A stretch of DNA of 64,000 bases from the human T2T-CHM13v2.0 reference genome, Homo sapiens, in NCBI RefSeq assembly GCF_009914755.1, contig NC_060926.1, one strand, 5' to 3'. Positions 48,867-62,292 of this stretch are shown one piece after another; the first letter of the stretch is position 1; every line of letters begins with the position of its first letter. The translations under genes were made by a program, and so were the position numbers. The notes under the pieces were generated by a model. The model was not told the DNA's origin and searched no databases. It worked only from the letters and a program-made list of their open reading frames with translations.

Positions 48867-50109
48867 AAAACACAGATGTGTTTTTTTTTAAAAAAAAAAA
48901 CACAATTGGAGTAAATGATACACATTGTTTTACACTGGCTTTTCCATTTAATAATATGGCCTGACAATCATTCCCTGCTACTTCCTTTCTTTTTCCCTGC
49001 TGCATAGTATCCCAGAGTTGTATCATACTTTATTTAACCAGTCTCTTAGTCTTATAGTGAACGTCTTTACATAAGTCACTGAGCATGTGCACATGAGCCT
49101 GAGTAGACCAGGAGGACAAAGTCTTTAAGATGGAACTGTAGAGTCAAGGGTAAGTGCTTACTACATTATGATAAATGTTGCCAAATGGTTCCTCCTAGAG
49201 TCTCAGCCTCAGTTTTCTCATCTGCAAAGTAGGTTTTAATAAAAGTAACTACTCCAAAGTGATGTTGCAAGGTTTCCACTCAATAATCCATGCCAGTAAC
49301 ATAAGGCAAGAAGATTCCACCCACACAGATGCCAAAAAGAAGATGGATCTTAAGTAAAGCCACCCTTAGAGAAGCTAACGGTTAGAAAAACCTTAGGAAA
49401 ATTGACCAGTCTGGGAGTTTACTATGGAAATCAAGAGTCATTGGGTCATCCACATCAACAATGAAATCACCTGGGATGATTGCAGAACTACTGTCAAGCA
49501 GGAACTAAATTCTTCCTGGAATGTGGATGAGTGAGAATAAGGAGGGAAGGTGATACAAGCCAGTGGAACCAGTCTCTAAGGAGGAGGTGTTTTTACACAA
49601 AGGTGGAAAGGTTTGGGTTAAAAAGAGCACTGGCCTTTCCTCTAGGATGAAGAATGAAAATGAACTCCCCAACTCAAGATGCTACAGCAGAAGAGGGTTG
49701 CAGTTAAGGCCAGGAGATGAAAGAGGTTGAGGCTAGGAAGACTGGCTTAGCAGAGAATGCAGTTCCAGAGATGCAACTCATTGGTTCCATACAGAGTTCT
49801 GAGGGCTAGTCCTGACCTAGGTTTGGGAGGGGTGGGAACACTAGGAGGGTGGAGAGAAGGAGTGGAAGGACAGCGACAGCGCAGCTCTGGCAAATGAGAG
49901 GAGGTCTCCACAGCCGGGAAGTCTCTCGTGTCAGGAAGGGTGATTTATTTCTCTTATTGTTCTTTTCAAGTTTTTTCAGTAGTGCTGAAGAGCATGTGAA
50001 ATCTATTAAGAAAAGCCAGCGAGACAGCTGTAGCCATAGCTGCAAATAAATCTCCCCAGTTTACGATGAGTTTTTCCCGAAGCTTTCAATTTCCCACCAA
50101 CTTCCTGAT

Positions 50110-50950
50110 AACCATTATGAAAACAAACAGTAAAGAGTCAAATTTAAGAATAGGAAGAAATAGATAAAACTATTAAGATGAAAAGCTATGTTTCTAAGGG
50201 GAAAAAGTAAAAAAATAAAAAGAGGAAGGAAAGAATCATGGTTCAAAGGCATGAAACAAATTCAAAACAGAAAAACCAGAAGCTTAATCATTCATCTGGG
50301 AAAATTAATGGCACAGTTTAAGTATAAAATTATTTTTAAAAGAATTTAAAATCATATAAAATATGAAAATGAACAGCAACAAAAAGTACCAAAATGACCT
50401 TTAAATAAATCCCAAAGCCAGTATGCCATGCTCAGTTAATAAAAGGGAATAAAAGGCAAAGAGCAGAAATTATAAAATAAATAAAAATAAAGAAGCTAAA
50501 TATAAAGTTCTTTAAATGGCCTATAAAACTAAGCTAAATAATTTAAAACATAAATAATTTTTTAAAAAGACGGAAACAAGTAAAACTAGAAGATCAAAAA
50601 TATTGAAGATAAAATAGTGATTGCTAAAGTATAGCAGGGTGAAAAAAGAAAAAGATTAAAGAAAGAAAAACAGCCCCCCAAAAACATTAAAAATAAAACA
50701 AAATGCTAGAAATAATTGTATGCAATTGTTCAAATTGCATACAAAATAAAAAGTTTAGGAAGAAAACATTCAAAACAGAAATATGAAAAGATTGGAAAGA
50801 TAAAATTAGAAAATAGCAAAACTTGAAAGGTGAATAAAATAATACAATGTCAGAATAAAAAAACATACTAAGACAACACAAAGGTACAAAGGCAAAAATA
50901 CTTCAGATTAAATCCTTAATGAGGTACAAAATGCACATGAAAAATATTTA
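50110..50950 (+). mobile_element. Very old, A-rich L1 ORF2 remnant (tentative)
   Basis: Strong A skew; AAGAGCAGAAAT and downstream text resemble the ORF2 region after the endonuclease. Confidence 0.45.
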
Positions 50951-51299
50951 AGGGTGAGTGTTTAAGAAGGAATTTAGGGTTGCAGTAGCCACGACAGGGA
51001 ACTGAAAGGAGGTCCTGGATGGGGGCAGAGAAAGGGAGCAGGACCCCAGCCCCCACCCCCCAGTGGGAGCCCCCGGAAAGCTTCTCCAGGAAAGGAACCA
51101 CACTGCAATAATAAGCAGCTGGCAGCCCAAATCTGTCAAAGCAACAGAGCCTGCCAGGAGGCCCCCTCACCCCTTGCATGTGCCCAGCGGCAGCTGCAGC
51201 AGTCAATAATCTCTATGGATGACAGGCACCTTTTCACTCTGAGAGTCATAAACAGTACAGGACCTGTAAACACATGCACCAACTTGAAGACACACTAAT

Positions 51300-51485
51300 T
51301 CCTCCTTTGTAGCTCCATGCTCTTAGGTAAGTTTCCTAACTTCTCGAAGCCTCAAGTTTCTCATCAGAAAAACAGGAATAATTACACCTATCTTATAAGG
51401 CTATTTTGAAGACTCCACAAGATAAAGCTTACAAATTATGTTACAAACCATGAATGAATGACAGTCTTTATTATTTATATTATTC
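51300..51485 (+). mobile_element. MIR
   Basis: AAGCCTCAAGTTTCTCATCAGAAAAACAGGAATAAT. Confidence 0.7.
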
Positions 51486-51609
51486 ACTTGCTAGAAGAAA
51501 AAAAGTTCTTTTTTATTACAGCTATACAGAAAAAAAGACAAAATATTTTTAAGGTGTTAGGATTTTCTTGAGGGGGAACCGAAAAGGCTCAACTGGGATA
51601 TCTTTTTTT

Positions 51610-52072
51610 TTTTTGGCTTAAAACACCACAAATTTATTATTTTACAGTTCTGGAGCTCAGAATGTTTAAAGTCAAGGTGGCAACAGAGCTGTGTTCCTGT
51701 TGGAGACTCAAGGGGAGAATCCATTTCCTTGTCTCTTCCAGCTTTCAATGCCACCTGCATTCCTTGGTTTTTGACCTCTTGCCCCCATCTTCAAAGTCAG
51801 CAGCATCTTCAACCCTCCCCCTCCCTTTCTTTCTCTTCCATGACTCCCATTTCCATTATCACATCTCCTTCTGAATCTATCTTTCTGAATCTGAAAAAAG
51901 ACTTTTGTGATTATATCAGGCCCACTTGGATAATCCAGGTTAATCTTCCCATTTCAAAATCCTTAACTTATACACATCTGCAAAGTCTCTTTTGCATGTA
52001 AGGTGACACATTCACAGGTTCCAAGGATTAGGATATAGACATCTTTAGGGTATCATTATTCTGTCTACCACA
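51610..52072 (-). mobile_element. MLT1D-like LTR
   Basis: GGCTTAAAACACCACAAATTTATT...CAGGTTCCAAGGATTAGG...CTGTCTACCACA. Confidence 0.85.
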
Positions 52073-52489
52073 TCCCCTGAAAGGATTAGCCTAGTATCCA
52101 TTGAAATGTGCATAGGTTTAAGCCCTAACTCTTAGTAGGGGCAAATTATTCAGATCTGGCTCTGAAGACCATCTAGACATCAGACCTCTGCAGTTAAGAT
52201 TGTTGCTCCAGATCCTTGATCCTTATGCAAAAGGAGCCCAGCACTGAGTCCGGTGGCAAACAGAATCTTCCTCAAAAAGTGCCAGGGGGAGGAGGACTGG
52301 AGGCCCAGTGGTTTGTGGTGAAAGCCAAGGGGGCAATGTGCCCTAGACATGTTACCATCCCTGCCCAACAGGAAGTCACAAGGAAGGTAAAAAAGGAAGG
52401 AAAACTGGTCAGAAGGAGAAAGAACTCAACCAGCTTTCTACACTTTCTCAGCTCCATTTGAATAGGCTGCATGTGTGTGCGTGTGTGTA

Positions 52490-53165
52490 TGGTGAAATTC
52501 ACATAACATAAAATTCACCATCTCAATTATTTTAAAGTATACAGTTCAGTGCTGTTAGTACCTTCACAATGCTGTGCAACCACCACCACTGTCTAGTTCC
52601 AGAACATTTTCATCACAACCCCCTATGAAATCCCTATATCCACTAAGCTGTCACTCCCCATTGCCCACTCCTTCCAACCCCTAGCCACCATTAATCTTCC
52701 TTCTGTCTCTTTGGAATGTCATATTCTGAATATTTCATATAAATTGAATCACACAACATGTGGCTTTGTGTCTGATTTCTTTCACTTAGCCTACTGTTTT
52801 CAAGGTCCATCCCTGTCGTAGCACGTGTCAGTACTTTATTACCTCTTATGGCCTAAGGATATTCCATTGTATGGATATAGTGAATTTTGTTTATCCGTTC
52901 ATTAGTTGACGAACATTTGGGTTGGTTCTACCTTTTGGCTGCTGTGAATAGTGCTGCTTATAAATATTTGTGTATAATTTTTCATTTTGTTTATTCGTTC
53001 ACTAGTTGATGAACATTTGGGTTGTTTCTACCTTTTGGCTATTGTGAATAGTGCTGCTTATAAATATTTGTGTATAATTTTTCATTCAAGTACCGGTTTT
53101 CATTTCTTTTGAGAATGTAACTAGAAGTGGAATTGCTGGGCCATATGGTAAACATATGTTTTTAA
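52490..53165 (-). mobile_element. L1MB3-like 3' end with an internal 100-bp tandem duplication (52884-53083)
   Basis: GGTGAAATTCACATAACATAAAATTCACCAT...CTAGTTCCAGAACATTTTCATCAC. Confidence 0.85.
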
Positions 53166-53296
53166 TAGACCATCTTTAAAAAATACTACATAAATAAAAC
53201 AATTTTTAAAAATTATTATTATATTCTATTAGTAAGAAAGAGCTCTCAAGCAACCATGAGAAAGGAAAAGAAAGAGAAAAAAACAAAACAAAACAT

Positions 53297-53822
53297 GCAT
53301 TAGGATGCAGATTCCATTGCTATAAAAGAAACCAAAGTAACAATGGCCTGGACAAAATGTTAGTTTATCTTTCAATTAGGCAACAGTCATGAGGTGAGGG
53401 CCACTTCCTTCTGTCTTCAGCATGCAGCTCCCAAAATGACTCCTCCAGTCCCTACTACACTTAAGGTGACCAACCCATCAGTTTGCCTGAAACTTTACCA
53501 GTTTTTTCACAGAAACTCCTGCATCAGGAACCCATATAAACTGAGACACTCCAACCTGTATCACTCCAGCTAACTGGAGAGGGAGAAGAGAAAGTGAAGT
53601 AGAAATCATGTTTTCCCTTTAAAGAGAAGACCTGGAGGTATATTTACTGTTTCTGTTCTTATCTTATTAGCCAACAGTCCCATGAGCACATCTATTTATA
53701 AGGAAGGCTTGGAAATGTAATGTGGAGCTGGACAACTATGGGCCCAGATAAAAACTGAGGATTCATGACTAAAGAAAGGGGAGAATGGCTAGGCAGAGAC
53801 AACTAGCTGTCTCTGCCAACAC
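53297..53822 (-). mobile_element. MLT1J/K-like LTR with a MER94/MER81-like hAT insert (about 53462-53550)
   Basis: AAGGAAGGCTTGGAAATGTA...GTCTCTGCCAACA; AGGTGACCAACCCATCAGTTTGCC. Confidence 0.65.
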
Positions 53823-54001
53823 ACGTGGTAAAGAAAGGTACCAGGACACGATGCAAGTAGGGAGAGATGTGCAAGGAAAAAATGTGGTATGTCACATGTG
53901 GTATGTCATTAATTGGTTTATAAGTTTGGTTGTTAAGTGATTATTTCTTCTTTGGATACTTATGATTCACCAGCTGGTAGTAGTGCCATATTAAACAGGT
54001 G

Positions 54002-54071
54002 TCCCTTCCTTCCTTCCTTCCTTCCTCCCTTCCTTCCTTCCTTCCTTCCTTCCTTCCTTCCTCCCTCTTTC
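54002..54071. repeat. (CCTT)n microsatellite
   Basis: Direct inspection. Confidence 0.95.
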
Positions 54072-54099
54072 CGTCTTCCTTTTTCATAAGGAACATGAC

Positions 54100-54506
54100 T
54101 TTATCAGTCAGGATCCTGGCAGTAGTAGCATGGGTAAGAGATGACTGAGGAGAGTGGAATGAAGGGACTATACACAGGGGAAGGGAAACCACAGGGATGG
54201 TGTAATACTCCAGGGCTAGCAACCAGGTAGAACCATTACCACCCCTTGTCTGAAAGGAAGGAGGGGTTATGGGAGCTTGGAAGGAGCAGCTGTGGTTGTT
54301 CAGAGGGCCACCCAGCAGGGGCTGTGGCCTCCACTAGAGGAATAAAGTTAACCCAAGACCCAGCAGGGAAAGAAAGAGCCTTGGGAATAAACATTCACCT
54401 CTCTCTCCTTCCCTCCAATCTCCTGCCCGACAGGAGGATCAGCCTCTTGGGGCACAGAGAAAGGAGAAGGGCCAATCTGCAGGGGCAGGTACAAAATAGC
54501 CAGCAA
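54100..54506 (-). mobile_element. ERVL LTR, LTR40-like
   Basis: TCAGTCAGGATCCTGGCAG...AAGGGAAACCACAGGGATGGTG...CCAGGGCTAGCAAC. Confidence 0.55.
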
Positions 54507-54570
54507 ATCAACTTTTCATTAAAACAGTCCTACTGTACAGTTAATAACTTAAATGAATTAATAAACATTA

Positions 54571-54957
<387 letters not shown>

Positions 54958-55749
54958 TCATATAGATTTGCAATTCCCACCGCAACTCACCTTGAATCTG
55001 ATTTTGAAACCTGATCTAGGACTCCTGCTTATCCACCAGATTCACTTTGTAGGTTTCTGTCTCTGTTTTCAGTAGGGTATTTTACCATATTATGAAATAT
55101 ATTTTGTTTATCCCTGCAATTATTCCTTTGAGGTAGCTTATTTGATAGCAATGCACTCCCCCTTCCAATAAAAACAAATAAGCCAAACAAAACAAGCCAT
55201 CTTTCTGAGTATGCATTTATCTGGGGCTTCCAATGAGATGTTTTAAATAGGTTCCACGCTACCAGTAGTTATTAATCTTAAAAAAATCTACTTTTCCTTA
55301 TAAAGAAGGCATATAAATCAGTAAGACCGGCACTATCTCCCTAACTAATCAATGGACAAGGATATAAATAAATTTTTTAAAAAAGGTAAGAAATATTCAG
55401 CTTTACTTGGAATCTAAGAAAATCAGTTTTAAAACCAACCAGGTACAAATTTGTTTACTAGAAAATTCAGGGAGAATGAAAGGATTTAGTATTTCAAAAT
55501 ATTATGCAGCACACAAGAACTGAAAGCACATGCTTCTTGAAGGTCATAATAAGAGGATACAGAACTTGGATAAATTATTTTTTTGGTGAGTTAAAGATAC
55601 CATAATTGGCACCGTCAAGCTCAAAAACCCATGGAAATAGACTGTGGTGGCCCACAGAAGTAAGCACAGCCACTTTGGGAATGTCCCACAAAGAGCATCT
55701 GTGAGTAAGGCCACTGTGTGAAAATGGGGTGATACGTTGGCATGGGTTG

Positions 55750-57090
55750 CATCCTGAATCTCCTATTTTTCACAGCTCACAGCCAATCCATTGGCAAAGC
55801 CTTTAAAATACATCTATAATCTGATCATCTCTCACCACCTCCAGTGCTACCAATATCTCTCACCTGGACCAATAGCCTCCTAACTGGACCCCCAACTTCT
55901 GCTGTTGTCCCAAAGAGGATTGTGTTCAAACACGTCAGATCATTATCTGAAAGCCTTCCAGTGGCTTCCCATTTTGCTGAGACTAGAAACCAGAGTCTTG
56001 CACTGTCTATAAGGACTGACACTGGCCTTCTGTGGCCTGTTGACCTCATTCCCCTTCACTCACCCTCCTGCAGCCACTCTGGTCTCCATGGGGCATGCCA
56101 GGCACACTCCTGCCTTACAGCATGGGCTGGCCCCTCTGCCAGGAATGCTCTTTCCACAGTTACCCACATGGCTTGTTCTCTCACATCCTCAGGTCTCTGC
56201 CCAGAGGTCCACCTTCTCACTTAGGAGCCTGTTCTTAGCTTTATTTTTCTTCATAGCACTTTTTACCTTCTGACATTCTGTGCAATAGACTAATTTACTT
56301 TTTGCCATCTCCCTACTAGCATCTAAGTTCCAGGAGGGCAAGATTTTTTTCTGTTTTATTAATTATGGCATTCCTAGTGCCTAGAAACAAGGCCAAGCAC
56401 ATAGTAGGTGTTCGGTAAGTCTATACCTATTTCTCCACTATATCTGATAAATACAAAATTAAGCTGTAAGTATCCTTGGGCTGGACTCGCATCGGAACTA
56501 AAACAACTTTCCTACCAGTCTCCTATCTCACGGATAGTGTCATCATCTACTCCATGGCTCAAGCCAGAAAGCTGGGAATCATCCTGGATTCCTCCTATAC
56601 TTTCAGCTCCTCTCTAAGCATCACCAAGTCCTGCTGATTGTTCCTCATTGTTTTCCAGTCCCTTCTATGTCCTTCCACCCTGACTGCCACTAGTCTGGAT
56701 TAAGCCACTATCATCTCCCCTCTAGATTAAGAAAAGTCTCCCAACTCATCTTCCTGCTGCTCTCACCTCTTCCAATTTATAATTTATGATGTAGTTAATC
56801 AAAGGGATATTTCAGAATGCAGATCTGCACAGAGATGCTTAAGCTCCTTCAGTGGTTGCCCCTTACCTTAAGCATATGGTTCATATTCCTTAACATGGCT
56901 TAAAAAACCCTTTTCATCTGGGCACCATCTAACTATTTAGCCTCTTTTCTGTAGGCCTACATGCTCTTCCCATGGTATTAAATACTCTCTACATCTCCTC
57001 TTTGCCTGGTTTACAGATTTGGTGTCACTTCTTCCAGAAGGCTGGAGCTTTGACAGAACGCTGTACTTCCCTATCATAGCATCCACCACC
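55750..57090 (+). mobile_element. L2 elements (L2a-like to about 56430, then a second L2 at about 56480-57090)
   Basis: L2 3' end CCTAGTGCCTAGAAACAAGGCCAAGCACATAGTAGGTGTTCGGTAAGT. Confidence 0.8.
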
Positions 57091-58299
57091 CACTTTGTCG
57101 ACTACTCCCACACCCCACCTCACTTACTCACCCTATTCTGTGAGTCCTGCAAGAACGATAATGAAGGCTTGGTGCTCAGCCCAGTCTCAGGGAGTGAGAG
57201 ATGGCATTGGAGCTATGTCTCAAAGGCAAGCAGGAATTAGGCTTTGGAGAAGGGATGGGTATTCTGGGTTCTCAGTAAAGCATGAGAAAAATCACGAAAT
57301 CAAGAAACAGCAGCATAGGGATGCGGAAGTACAGCTATGTTCACATTAATCAAGGTTAATATGAGCAGAGGAGGAACAAGTGGGGAGAGGGACAGAGGAG
57401 CTCAAAAGCCATCAAGGGTCTTTAGATTGTTCTTTCCAGCCACTGAAGGGTTTTTGCTATGGTCAGATTACACTTCAGGTGGACCATTCTGGTAGTTTTG
57501 AGGATGACACATAGGAGGTCAGGGGAGCAGTGAGGGGATTCCACTTCCCTACAGTACATCATGCATGATGACTATGTCCTCAAATCTTCCTTATCAATGG
57601 TTGTAACAGCCAAAACAAGCTTTCAGTTTCAATAATTAAGCCAATAATATGCCTAAGTTTTTATGGAGGTGAGAAAATAGTCATAATAATTTTTCTGTTG
57701 GAGAAATATTTAAGATAATCTCTGAATTATTTCATTTTTCATGACACTTCCCCAGTTTTCCAAGGTTAGGTTTTCTACAGCTCTTGTTAAACCAGGAACT
57801 AGAAGGAGGAAACTCAAAGAATGGATAAAATCATTTAATTTATTGTGGCTTTGTGATAAGAAATGAGAGGAATGCCTCTCTGACTTTAGGCAAATAAGAT
57901 AGAGTTCAGAAAAACTCTAGACCAAAATAATCTATCAGACTTAAAAAAAATTCATTGATGGTTTTCACCATGAATTTTCTTAACACCATCTCACTTTTAT
58001 TAATCCCTTGATCTTACCAGTCCAACTGTGAGCTCCTGGATAGTTTAAGAGTTATGACTCTTTGTGCCTTACATATATGTTTCATATTTCACAAAGTGAA
58101 CCATCTCTTTCTTGATCTATTTGGATAATTTTTCTTATTCTTCAAAGGAACATGCTGTAATACTTTGCTATTTTTAAATCAATTTTATAAATACTGTGAT
58201 GGAATATGTAGGCAAAATATGCATAACTAAACAACCTCTTTTCTTTCATTAAAATATTTCCATATCTGCCTATCTATCTAATGTATGTTATTTTATCTA

Positions 58300-58445
58300 A
58301 CCCTATGTGGTAGGTGTTAGTGGAATAATTTTATCTTTGAGAAAACCAAGCCCCAATCAAATTAGATAATGTGCCCAATCATCCAGTAAGTGACAAAGCT
58401 AGGGCACAAATCAGGGCTTGTGAGTCAAGCCTTGTTCTTTCCATT
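58300..58445 (-). mobile_element. MIR
   Basis: CCCTATGTGGTAGG...GAGAAAACCAAGCCCCA...AGTAAGTGACAAAGCTAGG. Confidence 0.65.
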
Positions 58446-58986
58446 GTGTAATTGCCTCTCCTTTTGTCTATTATTCTACTAGTGCAATTAAAAGCCTACA
58501 GCAACACCATGAATATCACCAAAAGAAAGACCCCTCACCCCCAGGAAAGATCTTAAAGGCTAAAAGGACTCTGTGGGAGATAAACCTGATGACAAAAGTA
58601 GAGATCTGAGGGGGCAAGACCCAGAAGCACAGCTGATTGTGGGTATGTTGAGATACAGGTGAGAAAGCTTTGTAGAGTCTTTGAAACACCTCTCAGATTC
58701 TACTATTACAGTCTACACCTAAGGCAGAGCCATTATGTTGGATTTATGTTTATTTCACAGGTCATCATTGCTTTACTGCCTGTTTTACTCTTATTTTAGA
58801 TCTGTAAGCCCTTAGATACTTGATTAGAAGGCAGCAATATGAAAAATAAAATGAGTTATTTAAAAATTCTTAATTTTCTTTGAGTACCTTTATGGTTTCT
58901 TTTTTTCCTGGTTTCTCTGACCTTCTGGTATAAGGTGTGAGGTAGGGATTCAACTTCACCTGTTTTCACATGACTACTCAGTTTGT

Positions 58987-59522
58987 GTTGTGGGACTATT
59001 TGTCCTATTTGTAGCCACCCAGTGTCATTTGAATCATATTTCTATACTTGTGGATGTTCTAAAATTGTATTCTGTCTCATCAAAGTAAGGCAGATACAAA
59101 GTCAATTCCCCAGCTTCTCCTGTGGCTCTGAAGAAGGTGCATGACCTAGGTTTCATCAACTAGGTATGCATTCACGAAATCTTGATTTGGAAAAAACATC
59201 ATGAGAAGGCAGGTACTACAAAACATAGTTCCCGAAGAGGGTGATGAAGCACAGCAGAAAAACATGGAGAAGTTAGCAACAGCAACAGCAACAGCAACAG
59301 CACAACTATGGTGTGAAGTATGTTGCCAGCACCAGAATGCTGCAGTCATTCCTTTGAATAGTTTGACAGGCTAATTCAGTTTCCAAGTGCTTCACCTCAA
59401 AGCCTAACTCTCTGGCCCATCTGGAAAATTTGTAATCTATTAATAATGTTTAATATACTTCTTTTCTGTTAAAACTGTCTCAGATTTTATCCTGTAATTG
59501 CAAATTAGAACCTATTAATATG
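58987..59522 (+). mobile_element. LTR33-like ERVL LTR inside an old minus-strand L1 fragment (about 58850-59590)
   Basis: TTCCCCAGCTTCTCCTGTGGC...GCATGACCTAGGTTTCATCAA; (AGCAAC)n; flanking L1 text resumes CACCATTTATTGAATAAT. Confidence 0.6.
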
Positions 59523-59587
59523 TATCTTGACACCATTTATTGAATAATTTATCTTTTCCTCCACTGAGATGAATTGCACTTTTGGTG

Positions 59588-61265
59588 GACTTCTATTAGT
59601 TTCTGATACTGTTTCTGGAAAGATAGTATCAGGAACCAGATTTACCTTCTTGTATGAAACAACAAACAAACAGAAAAACTAGACAAAATATATGAAACAA
59701 TGGGGTTCAGACATGACATCAAGTGGGGCAGGACAGTGATCCCTAAGAAAGGCAAAGCAAATAAAGTGAGCCCTATGATTACCCCAGCTTACTTTCTTTT
59801 TATTTTTTTTCCCTCCCTTCCTCAGATCCTCAGTTCCATCATGGAGCAACTTACTTTCTTGAGAGAGTTTTCAGGCCACAGTGCAGTATGCAGGAACTCA
59901 GGCAAGACCTGGAGGTCTCTCTGAATTGAATAGAGTTGGGAGATTGGGAAGTCTAAGGCACCTAGAGTTCCCACACACAGTGGCACAGGGGAAAGAGTTG
60001 CATAAAGAGAAAGTTCTAGATTCTGTAAAAGATTCACCTTGTCATCAGCTAAATACTGATCACAGCATGCAAGTAACTACTCAAAGCTAGAGAAATAACT
60101 GTCTCAATGGAATGTAGTCAGCAGAGCTCACAGAAGGCTAGGAATAGTCCATGGTTATACCAGGCAGAGTGAAAAACATCATAACTCAGGGGGCATTGGG
60201 TAGAGTCCTCTGAAGGGAAAAACAAGCCCTAGACTAATTGCCTCAATAGTATGGTAAAGTTAGCCCTATTGTAATAGCTGCTTGTCCCAGTTAACAAAGT
60301 CAAAAAGAAGTCTCAAAAGGATCCAACTGTTTTTACATAACTTAGCTGCATCTCATAACAAAGCTCAGTAATATTTGAAGGAATATAAGAATATCCAGCA
60401 CCCAGCAGAGTGAAATTCACAATATCTGGCATTTGATCAAAAATTATGAGACACACTATGCAAAATGTGGAGGAAAAAAGATCAGTCAATTGAAACAGAC
60501 CAAGAAATGTCAAAGAGGGTAGAATTAGTAGACAAGGGTATAAAAACAATTATTATAAATATCTTATATGATCAAGAAATAGAGGAAAGCATGAGCATAT
60601 GAAGGAGAGACAAGGAAAATGACCCAACCGTACTTCTAGAGATGACAAAAACCAATGTCTGTAATGAAAAATACCAAGGAAGGGATTAGTAGCAGATTAG
60701 ACATTATAGAAGAAAAAAATTAGGAAACTTGAAGCCAGAGAAACAAAAAATAATCTAAAATAAAACACGTAGGGTGAAAAGACTGAAAGACAATTTAACA
60801 GAACATCAAAGAGCTGTGGGACATCAAATGGTCTAATCTATATCCAATAAGAGTAACGAAAGGAGATGAGAGAGGAGAAAACAAACAACATTAAAGAACC
60901 CAAAGATTTTCAAATCATTTGAAAATAAAAAACCTACAGGTCCAAGAAAATCAATAATTTCAAGCATAAAAGCATGAATAAGACTATCTCTAGGCATATC
61001 ATAAGCGAATTGCCTAAACTCACCAGCACACATACACTACAATAAATATTAAAGAAAGTCCTTCAGGCAGAAGGAAAAGGACACCAGATGGAAATCTGGA
61101 TCTATGTAAAGGGATGAAAAAATCACAAATGGTAACTACATGGATAAATAGATAAGACTTTTTCTTATTATCTTATTCTCTTAATAGACAATTGACTTTA
61201 AACAAAAATAATAAAAATGTATTGTGGAGTTTATGACATTTGTGAAAGTAAAATGCAAAACAAAT
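59588..61265 (+). mobile_element. Old L1 5' UTR and ORF1 remnant (L1MC/MD/ME-type)
   Basis: GACAAAATATATGAAACAA...GTGATCCCT; ORF1-like GAGCTGTGGGACATCAAATGGTCTAA; CCAGATGGAAATCTGGATCTA. Confidence 0.75.
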
Positions 61266-61269
61266 ATAA

Positions 61270-62292
61270 AGGACTGAAAATGGCAGAGTAAGGAAGTTCA
61301 AAACTGTGTCTGTCTTCTAAAGCAATGATTAAGTTAGCAAGAGCTGTCATAATCAACTTTTACAGAAATCTGGAACATAATAAAAAACTTAACAACCAGG
61401 GGATGCTAAATGAAGAAAGAAGCAGCTACATTTTAGTAAGGGAGCATTGTAGCATTTTAACTTACCCACCTACAAAATTCACTCTCCAGATCATCAGCAG
61501 CAGCCACTAAACAAGTCTTAACACATTTTAAAAGATTGAAATTATATAAGATATCTTTTTGACCCCAGTAGAATTAAACTAGAAATCATTAACAGAAAGA
61601 AAACTAGAAAATTCACAAAGTATAAATTAAACAACACAGTCTTAACCAATGAGTCAAAGAAGAATCACAAGGGAAGTTAGAATATATCTTGAGGCAAAGG
61701 AAAATAAAAACACAACATAACAAAACTTATGAGATCCAGCAAAAACAGTGCTCAGAGGGAAATTCATACTGAAACATGGCATTAAAAAAAGAGAAAGATC
61801 TTAAATCAATAATTTAACTGTATACCTTAAGAAACTAGTAAAAGGAGAACAAAGTCCAAAGCTAGGAGAATGAAGGAAGTAATAAAAATTGAAGATAAAT
61901 GCAACAGAGATTAGAAAAATAATAGAGTTAATGACCCCCAAAGTTGATTCTTTCAATATCAACGAAATTGACAAACATTTAGCTAGACTGATCAAGAAAA
62001 AAAGAGAGAAGTCTCAAATTACTAAAATTGGAAATGAAAGTGGAGATATTACTATGAACCTTATAACAATAAAAATATTACAATACTATGAACAATTGTA
62101 TACCAACAAATTAGATAACATAGATGAAATGGAAAATTCCTAAAAACATACAAACCACTAAAACTTATGAAGAAGAAATAGAATATCTGAACAGATCTAT
62201 GAGTGAAGAGACTGTAATCTCTTAATCAGTAATCAAAAACCTCCCAGCAAAGAAAACTACAAGACTATATGGCATCAATGGTGATTTCTACC
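61270..62292 (+). mobile_element. Second L1: short 5' UTR piece joined to an ORF2 remnant
   Basis: AAAATGGCAGAGTAAGGA start; ORF2-like ORF 61889-62143. Confidence 0.7.

Noticed and set aside
50110-50950. Novel A-rich element or coiled-coil coding region
   Set aside because: There is no long ORF, and the strand-skewed A richness with residual motifs is better explained as a decayed L1 ORF2.
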